From positions 1 through 29,955 of the forward strand of contig JBGPXN010000046.1 in assembly GCA_041492755.1 (NCBI GenBank): DNA of 29,955 bases. The letters are read 5' to 3'. Shown piece after piece: positions 17,746 through 23,441 of this stretch; positions within the stretch are counted from its first letter, which is position 1, and each line of letters begins with the position of its first letter. The notes under the pieces were generated by a model that saw nothing but the letters and a program-made list of their open reading frames with translations, was not told where the DNA came from and ran no database searches. The position numbers and the translations under genes were made by a program. This DNA comes from Candidatus Methylomirabilia bacterium. Its GTDB lineage: Bacteria > Methylomirabilota > Methylomirabilia > Rokubacteriales > CSP1-6.

Positions 17746-18306
17746 ATGACGTCGAGCACGCCTGAGCCCGCACCGCGAATTCTGGTCGCGACGGATTTCT
17801 CCGACGAAGCCGAGGCGGCGGTGCGGGTTGCCATCGACTACGCCCGTCGCCTGGGCGCGCATCTCGACATCCTGCACGTGTACTCGGCCGGCGAGCTGGA
17901 CGTCACGACGCTGCTCGCGGACGCCGCCGCCCAGGCGAGTCCCGACGTACCCGTCACCGTGGCGGGCACCGGCGGCGACCCGGCCGAAGAGATCCTGCGC
18001 CACGCCACGTCCCATCCGATCGACCTGATCGTGGTCGGCACGCATGGGCGCACCGGTTTCAGCCGCCTGCTCCTGGGCAGCGTCGCCGAGCGCGTCCTCC
18101 GCGGCGCGCGGTGCCCGGTCCTGGCGGTGCCGGCCCGACTCGAGCCGCCGGTGGTGGAGGCCGAGCTCGAGCCCGCGGCGCCGGCGCGCCGGTGCCTCGT
18201 GTGCGCGACACCGTCGGCGGATCTCATCTGCGCCGCCTGCCGAGCACGGATCCGCGGCGAGGCCCTCGGACGCAAGCAGCGCGAGGAGCGCGCGGGGAGG
18301 GTGTGA
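17746..18306 (+). CDS. universal stress protein with C-terminal C4 zinc-finger-like tail
   Basis: RILVATDFS and [23 protein letters not shown]; tail CLVC-x8-CAAC; GAGGAGG Shine-Dalgarno. Confidence 0.9.
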   Translation: MTSSTPEPAPRILVATDFSDEAEAAVRVAIDYARRLGAHLDILHVYSAGELDVTTLLADAAAQASPDVPVTVAGTGGDPAEEILRHATSHPIDLIVVGTHGRTGFSRLLLGSVAERVLRGARCPVLAVPARLEPPVVEAELEPAAPARRCLVCATPSADLICAACRARIRGEALGRKQREERAGRV

Positions 18307-18319
18307 CGCCGGCTCGAGC

Positions 18320-18646
18320 TCACCCCCCTGGCCGGGACGGCTTTCGCATTCCGGAGCACTGCTCTCGCATGCGGGTGCGGTGCAGCTCCATCGCCGCGCG
18401 CATCTCGTCCATCCGATCGGCCATGCGACCCAGACGGCCGTGCATCGGTCCCATGTCGGTCCCCTTCATGTCCTCGTGCATGCGCCGCATCTCGTCGCGC
18501 AGCTCGTGCATGCTCGCCACCATCCGGGTGATCGACTCCTCTTCGGGCCCGGGGTCCGGAGAGCTTGCCTTCTGGGCGAGCGCGGGCGCAATCGTGAGCG
18601 GGAGCGCCATCGCGAACGCGGCCACGAGCATCCTGAGCGACATCAT
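18320..18646 (-). CDS. secreted Met/His-rich helical hypothetical protein
   Basis: Signal peptide ending PALA; MHELRDEMRRMHEDMKGTDMGPMHGRLGRMADRMDEMRAAMELH; GAAGGAG Shine-Dalgarno. Confidence 0.7.
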   Translation of the reverse strand: MMSLRMLVAAFAMALPLTIAPALAQKASSPDPGPEEESITRMVASMHELRDEMRRMHEDMKGTDMGPMHGRLGRMADRMDEMRAAMELHRTRMREQCSGMRKPSRPGG

Positions 18647-18674
18647 CGCGCTCTCCTTCCCGTGCGGCGCGGAC

Positions 18675-19121
18675 TCAGCGGCCCCGCACGGTCATGACGG
18701 GGCAGTGCGCAGTGCCGACCACGCGCTCGGCAACGCTGCCGAGCAGCAGACGGGTGAATCCCGTGCGGCCGTGCGTGCCCATCACGATGACCCCGGCGTG
18801 CTGCGCCTTCGCCGCCCGCGTGATCTCGCTGGAGGGCATGCCTTCCAGGAGCAGGCCCCGCGCACGGGCGCCGGCCTTGCGGGCGCGGGCGAGCACGCGA
18901 TCGAGCTGCTTCTGGCCCTGCTGGTGGCTAGCGCGCTGGACGTCTTCGAACACCTTGGGCGACATGTAACCGTCCCCGATCATGGGCATGACGATGGGCA
19001 GGACGTGGGCGACCACGAGCTCGGCCTTCTCGGCGCGTGCCAGCTCGATGGCGCGGGCGAGCGCGGCGCGGCCGGCAGGCGAGAAATCAGTTGGATGCAG
19101 GATGCGGCGGACCTTCTTCAT
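18675..19121 (-). CDS. universal stress protein
   Basis: MKKVRRILHPTDFS ... [35 protein letters not shown] Shine-Dalgarno. Confidence 0.93.
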   Translation of the reverse strand: MKKVRRILHPTDFSPAGRAALARAIELARAEKAELVVAHVLPIVMPMIGDGYMSPKVFEDVQRASHQQGQKQLDRVLARARKAGARARGLLLEGMPSSEITRAAKAQHAGVIVMGTHGRTGFTRLLLGSVAERVVGTAHCPVMTVRGR

Positions 19122-19200
19122 CGCGGGCCTCCCCGGGCACAGCTCGTCTCGCAAGTCGATCGCATGGCAACGGAGCCGCGCGATCGCCATGCGGCTCAAG

Positions 19201-19216
19201 TGCAACCGATCTGCCA
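19201..19216 (-). promoter_or_regulatory. sigma54 promoter
   Basis: TGGCAGATCGGTTGCA on the minus strand. Confidence 0.82.
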
Positions 19217-19267
19217 CGGCGGAGCCGAACAAAAACGCGCGATTACCCGCGCTGGACGCGCGAACGG

Positions 19268-19306
19268 GTGGGGCTGTGCGGCCTCGGTGGGTCGGCAGAG
19301 TCCCAG
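19268..19306. promoter_or_regulatory. tandem putative UAS palindromes
   Basis: GTGGGGC-TGTGCG-GCCTCGG and GTGGGTC-GGCAGA-GTCCCAG. Confidence 0.5.
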
Positions 19307-19339
19307 CCGCCACCCGGCGGCCGGGATGTGGCGCGCCGG

Positions 19340-19690
19340 TTACGGCGCCTGCCGCTGGTCGACTGGCGGTCGAATGCCGCGCGGGATGGCCACGGCGCCG
19401 CCTTCCGGCGTGGTGCCGACCAGCGGCGGAACTTCGTATCGCCCGTCGGGAAGCTGCCGCTCCCAGTGGCCTGGTACGAGCACCTGGGCGCCGTTCGGCA
19501 GCAGCATCGAGCGCTCCGGCACCCACACGCTGCTCGGTGCGGGCGGCGCTGGCGGCAGCGCCGGCCCAGGGCGGGTCGTCGAATCACGCAGGCGATCCAG
19601 CGTCGATCCGCCCGGCGTCGTATGGATGGGCGGCCCACTCGCCTGTGTCAAGATCCACAGCGACAGCGCCGGCAGCGCGAGCGCGGCCAT
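19340..19690 (-). CDS. Pro-rich, probably secreted hypothetical protein
   Basis: Short hydrophobic N-terminus; VWVP...VPGHW motifs (YXWGXW-like); GAGAGG Shine-Dalgarno. Confidence 0.65.
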   Translation of the reverse strand: MAALALPALSLWILTQASGPPIHTTPGGSTLDRLRDSTTRPGPALPPAPPAPSSVWVPERSMLLPNGAQVLVPGHWERQLPDGRYEVPPLVGTTPEGGAVAIPRGIRPPVDQRQAP

Positions 19691-19705
19691 CGTCACCTCT
19701 CGCCG

Positions 19706-19843
19706 CTAAGGTGGCGCGACGAGAGGTGGCGCGACGGGCCGGACCGTGGTGCCCGGCTGGAAGATTTCGCACGGGCAGTCAGGAACGCGGCAGCGCCCGT
19801 CGGACAGGTGGTCTTTCTCGCGATGACCGCAGGTACAGTTCAT
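19706..19843 (-). CDS. 45-aa Cys/His microprotein, missing from the ORF track
   Basis: GAGGTG Shine-Dalgarno; MNCTCGHREKDHLSDGRCRVPDCPCEIFQPGTTVRPVAPPLVAPP; directly downstream of the sigma54 element at 19873-19888. Confidence 0.75.
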   Translation of the reverse strand: MNCTCGHREKDHLSDGRCRVPDCPCEIFQPGTTVRPVAPPLVAPP

Positions 19844-19872
19844 GTTCACCTCTGTGAGCCCACGGTCATACG

Positions 19873-19888
19873 AGCAACTTCACTGCCA
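19873..19888 (-). promoter_or_regulatory. sigma54 promoter
   Basis: TGGCAGTGAAGTTGCT on the minus strand. Confidence 0.82.
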
Positions 19889-19950
19889 GAGCCATGAGGC
19901 CCGTGTCTGCTCGAAATCTCTCTTGCCGCCGCCTGTGGAGCGCCGCCTGG

Positions 19951-19990
19951 GTGGGAAGCCGGCGCCTCACGAGGGGCGCGCCTGCCCCGG
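19951..19990. promoter_or_regulatory. tandem putative UAS palindromes
   Basis: GTGGGAA-GCCGGC-GCCTCAC directly followed by GAGGGGC-GCGCCT-GCCCCGG, between divergent sigma54 elements. Confidence 0.55.
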
Positions 19991-20041
19991 TGGCCGCCGG
20001 AGATCCCTTGCGCAAGTGGCGGACTTCACGGGATTCGGGCA

Positions 20042-20057
20042 TGGCAGTCGGGTTGCA
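20042..20057 (+). promoter_or_regulatory. sigma54 promoter (archease-rtcB-CBS-CBS unit)
   Basis: TGGCAGTCGGGTTGCA. Confidence 0.83.
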
Positions 20058-20095
20058 CCGTGCACCGAAAGCCGCGACGACGGCGAGGAGGCATC

Positions 20096-20155
20096 ATGGT
20101 CTACACCCGCGTGCTGCCGGCGACGAAGGACGAGCCGGCCGCGCACATGCCGTGA
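20096..20155 (+). CDS. 19-aa leader micro-ORF MVYTRVLPATKDEPAAHMP
   Basis: Strong GAGGAGG Shine-Dalgarno; its TGA overlaps the archease GTG (GTGA). Confidence 0.5.
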   Translation: MVYTRVLPATKDEPAAHMP

Positions 20156-20583
20156 TCGTGGGGACCTGGCAGGTCCTCGAGGCCATTGCGATCGCGGACT
20201 GCGCGCTGCAGATCGATGGCCGCGACCTCGGCGACCTCTTCGCGACCGCGGCCCACGCGCTCGCCGACGTCATGGTCGATCCCCGGACGCTGGCCGGGCA
20301 CGCGGAGCGCACCATCCGGCTCGAGGCGAGCGCGCTGGACCTGCTGCTCTACGACTGGCTCTCCGAGCTGATCTTCCTCAAGGACAGCGAGCAGCTCATC
20401 TTCCCTCGGGCCGAGGTCAGCGTTCGGGTGACGCCGCCCGCGCTCGACGCGCGCATCATTGGCGGGCGTATCGACCGCGCGCACACGGTCTTGCGTGCGG
20501 ACGCCAAGGCGGTGACGTTGCACCAGTTCAGCCTCGAGCCGCGCGCGGCCGGCTGGTACGCGCGCGTCATCATCGACATCTGA
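20152..20583 (+). CDS. archease
   Basis: AIAD near the N-terminus, LLYDWLSELIF, KAVTLH and C-terminal IIDI; immediately upstream of rtcB. Confidence 0.9.
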   Translation: MIVGTWQVLEAIAIADCALQIDGRDLGDLFATAAHALADVMVDPRTLAGHAERTIRLEASALDLLLYDWLSELIFLKDSEQLIFPRAEVSVRVTPPALDARIIGGRIDRAHTVLRADAKAVTLHQFSLEPRAAGWYARVIIDI

Positions 20584-20587
20584 CGCG

Positions 20588-22057
20588 ATGCCGAAGGATC
20601 CGGCGTTTCCGATGAAGGTGGTGCCCGTCGGGGACTGCGTGTGGGAGATCCCGCCGAGCGAGAAGCCCGGCATGCTCGTGCCGGCGCGGCTCTACGCGTC
20701 CGAGACGCTGCTGGCCGGCATGGACGCCGGCGTCTTCGAGCAGGTGACCAACGTCGCCTGCCTGCCCGGTATCGTCCGCGCGGCCCTGTGCATGCCCGAC
20801 GGCCACTGGGGCTACGGCTTTCCCATCGGCGGCGTCGCCGCCTTCCGCGCGGATACCGGCATCATCTCGCCGGGCGGCATCGGGTTCGACATCAACTGCG
20901 GCATGCGGGTCCTGCGCACGACGCTCACCGAGGAGGACGTGCGTCCGCGGCTGCGCGCGCTGGTCGACGCGCTGTTCGCCGCGGTGCCGACCGGCGTGGG
21001 CGCGCACGGCTTCCTGCACCTGGACGCGGACGCGTTCCGCGAGGTGATGGTGGACGGCGCGGGCTGGATGGTGCGCCAGGGCTACGGGCGGCCGGAAGAC
21101 CTCACCGCCATCGAGGCCGCCGGCTGCCTGCCCGGCGCCGATCCCGGCGCCGTCAGCGATCGCGCGCTGCGGCGCGGAATGGACCAGCTCGGCACGCTCG
21201 GGTCCGGCAACCATTATCTGGAGATCCAGGTCGTGCCCCGCGACGGCATCCACGACGCGACGACGGCCCGGGCCTTCGGGATCACCGGGCCCGGGCAGGT
21301 GCTCGTGATGCTGCACTGCGGGTCGCGCGGCTTCGGCCACCAGGTGGGCACCGACTATCTGCGGCGCTTCGACCAGGCGATGGCAACATACGGGATCACC
21401 GTGCGCGACCGGGAGCTGGCGTGCGCGCCGTTCCGGTCGCCGGAAGGCCAGGCGTACTTCGGCGCCATGACGGCGGCCGCGAACACGGCGTTCGCCAATC
21501 GCCAGCTCATCACGCACCGCGTGCGCGAGGTGATGGCGCGGGTCTTCGAACGGCCGGCGGAGGCGCTGGGACTCGAGGTCATCTACGACGTGTGCCACAA
21601 CACCGCGAAGGTGGAGCGGCACCGGGTCGACGGTGAGATGCTCGAGCTGGTCGTCCATCGCAAGGGTGCCACGCGGAGCTTCGGCCCCGGGGCGCCCGAC
21701 GTTCCCGCCGCCTATCGCAGTCTCGGCCAGCCGGTGATCATCGGCGGCTCGATGGAAACCGGCTCGGCGCTCCTCGTCGGCACCGCGCACGCGATGGCCG
21801 AGACGTTCGGCTCGACCGCCCACGGCGCCGGTCGGACGATGTCGCGCGCGCAAGCCAAGAAGCGCGTGCGGGGCGAGGACCTCGTCCGCGCCATGGGCGA
21901 GCGTGGCATCGTCGTACGCGCGGCGTCCGCCTCCGGCGTCGCGGAGGAAGCGGGCTTTGCCTACAAGAGTCTCGACGAGGTGGTGGACACCGTCCACCGG
22001 CTCGACATCTCCCGCAAGGTCGTCTCGCTACGGCCGATCGGGAACATCAAAGGATGA
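20588..22057 (+). CDS. rtcB: RNA ligase RtcB (archaeal/eukaryotic-like, archease-associated type)
   Basis: MPDGHWGYGFPIGGV, GFDINCGMR, GNHYLEIQ, HCGSRG, HN, HRKGAT, HGAGR, EEA..AYK and C-terminal IKG. Confidence 0.96.
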   Translation: MPKDPAFPMKVVPVGDCVWEIPPSEKPGMLVPARLYASETLLAGMDAGVFEQVTNVACLPGIVRAALCMPDGHWGYGFPIGGVAAFRADTGIISPGGIGFDINCGMRVLRTTLTEEDVRPRLRALVDALFAAVPTGVGAHGFLHLDADAFREVMVDGAGWMVRQGYGRPEDLTAIEAAGCLPGADPGAVSDRALRRGMDQLGTLGSGNHYLEIQVVPRDGIHDATTARAFGITGPGQVLVMLHCGSRGFGHQVGTDYLRRFDQAMATYGITVRDRELACAPFRSPEGQAYFGAMTAAANTAFANRQLITHRVREVMARVFERPAEALGLEVIYDVCHNTAKVERHRVDGEMLELVVHRKGATRSFGPGAPDVPAAYRSLGQPVIIGGSMETGSALLVGTAHAMAETFGSTAHGAGRTMSRAQAKKRVRGEDLVRAMGERGIVVRAASASGVAEEAGFAYKSLDEVVDTVHRLDISRKVVSLRPIGNIKG

Positions 22058-22063
22058 AGACCC

Positions 22064-22621
22064 ATGCGACACCCGAAACGCTCGCTGACGCGCGCGATCC
22101 GAACGCGGCGCCCCCTGCACCCCGGCCGCGAGGCCGACGAGCTGGAGGCGCTCACGTGGCCTGAATCCCTGCGCGTCAGGGATTGCATGACGCGCGGAGT
22201 GGCGACCGTCCACGCCGATGCGCTCGCGCGCGGGGCGGCCGAGACGATGCGCACGCGGCGGATCCGGCATCTGCCGGTGACCGACCGCGATGGTCGTCTG
22301 GTCGGGATCATCACCGACCGCGACCTGCGCCAGGTCGTGTTCGATCCCCTCATTCAGGCGCGGGCGGGCGGGCTCGCCGAGGCGCTCGGCACCGTCACCG
22401 TGCGCGACCTCATGACGTGGGCGGTGGTCACCGTCCAGCCCGAGACGTTGCTCCGCGAAGCCGCGCGTCTCATGCACGAGCGCAAGGTCGGCGCGCTGCC
22501 CGTCGTCCGGGGCGGCAAGGTCGTCGGCATCCTCAGCGAGACCGACGTCCTGCGCGCGTTCGAGCAGGCGCTCGGCCAGGGACTCGCCCGGCCCCACCGC
22601 TGGGCACTGGCGTTCCGATGA
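22064..22621 (+). CDS. CBS-pair domain protein
   Basis: VRDCMTR, IRHLPVTD..GRLVGIITDRDLR and GALPVV..VVGILSETD. Confidence 0.9.
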   Translation: MRHPKRSLTRAIRTRRPLHPGREADELEALTWPESLRVRDCMTRGVATVHADALARGAAETMRTRRIRHLPVTDRDGRLVGIITDRDLRQVVFDPLIQARAGGLAEALGTVTVRDLMTWAVVTVQPETLLREAARLMHERKVGALPVVRGGKVVGILSETDVLRAFEQALGQGLARPHRWALAFR

Positions 22622-23202
22622 GCGCCGGCCGGCGTGCCCGCTCACGGGGTCCCGCGCCCGCGGCGGTCTGGATCATGGCCGAGCCGGTGCGCACGTGGAT
22701 GCGGCAGCCGGTGGTGACGATCGGCACGAAGACGCCGGTGCGCGAGGCGGCGGCGCTCATGCGAGGCCGGCGCATCCGCCATCTTCCCGTGGTCGACGAG
22801 GCGGGCCAGCTCGTGGGCATCGTGACCGACCGTGACCTGCGCCAGGTCGTGTTCGCCGCCGCCGTTCGCGATCGTCTGAGTGACGCCGCCGGCCGGTGCG
22901 GCGAGATCCCGGTCCAGGAGGTCATGACGTGGGGCGTCGTCAGCGTCGGACCCGCCACCGACCTGCGCGAGGCCGCCGCGGTCATGCGCGAACGCCGGCT
23001 CGGTGCTCTGCCAGTGGTCGAAGACGGGCGCGTCATCGGCATGCTGACCGAGAGCGACATGCTGGCCGCGCTGCGCGAGTTCCTGAGCAAGCGCGTCACG
23101 AGTCCGGCCGCCGCCGCCGGCAACCCCGGGTGCGAGTACGAGTTCGGGTTCGACGTCCCGCCGCCGGCCGATCCGTGGCGGGACGTGGGCGGTACCGAAT
23201 AG
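22618..23202 (+). CDS. CBS-pair domain protein
   Basis: ATGA overlap with the preceding gene (alternative start 22675); IRHLPVVD..GQLVGIVTDRDLR and GALPVV..VIGMLTESD. Confidence 0.88.
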   Translation: MSAGRRARSRGPAPAAVWIMAEPVRTWMRQPVVTIGTKTPVREAAALMRGRRIRHLPVVDEAGQLVGIVTDRDLRQVVFAAAVRDRLSDAAGRCGEIPVQEVMTWGVVSVGPATDLREAAAVMRERRLGALPVVEDGRVIGMLTESDMLAALREFLSKRVTSPAAAAGNPGCEYEFGFDVPPPADPWRDVGGTE

Positions 23203-23326
23203 ATGGGGGGGCCCCGATATGGCCCCCCATACCCCCCCATCGCTCGGACGCGCCCCGGGAAACCCGGGGCGCGCCTCGACATCCCCAGTGCTCGGAGCGC
23301 CCCGGCGGGGCCGTGGCGCTCCTCGA
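23203..23326. repeat. REP-like GC-rich palindromic intergenic element with two related hairpin units
   Basis: ATGGGGGGGCCCCGATATGGCCCCCCAT, then GCTCGGA-CGCGCCCCGGG-AAA-CCCGGGGCGCG-CCTCGA (perfect 11-bp stem) and GCTCGGAGCGCCCCGGC-GGG-GCCGTGGCGCTCCTCGA; lies between convergent genes. Confidence 0.7.
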
Positions 23327-23441
23327 ATTCCCTCACACCCTCTGAGACGTCGCCCGGCACGCTGGCGCGGACGGGCGCTCGGCGTGCTGCTTCACCATGC
23401 GCCGGGCGCTGGCAAGGAGGAGACATGAGGCGTGGAGCGCG

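Noticed and set aside
19709..19736. Direct repeat AGGTGGCGCGACG x2
   Set aside because: Encodes VAPP twice in the microprotein tail; too short and too few copies for CRISPR or an att site.
19894..20151. N-terminal extension of archease; similar extensions for MacA, both USPs, baeRF and the acyl-CoA ligase
   Set aside because: The extensions run across the sigma54 promoters and UAS motifs; downstream starts fit Shine-Dalgarno sites or family lengths.
23203..23330. Hairpin cluster considered as CRISPR array or tRNA
   Set aside because: Only two imperfect units with no unique spacers, no cas genes and no cloverleaf.
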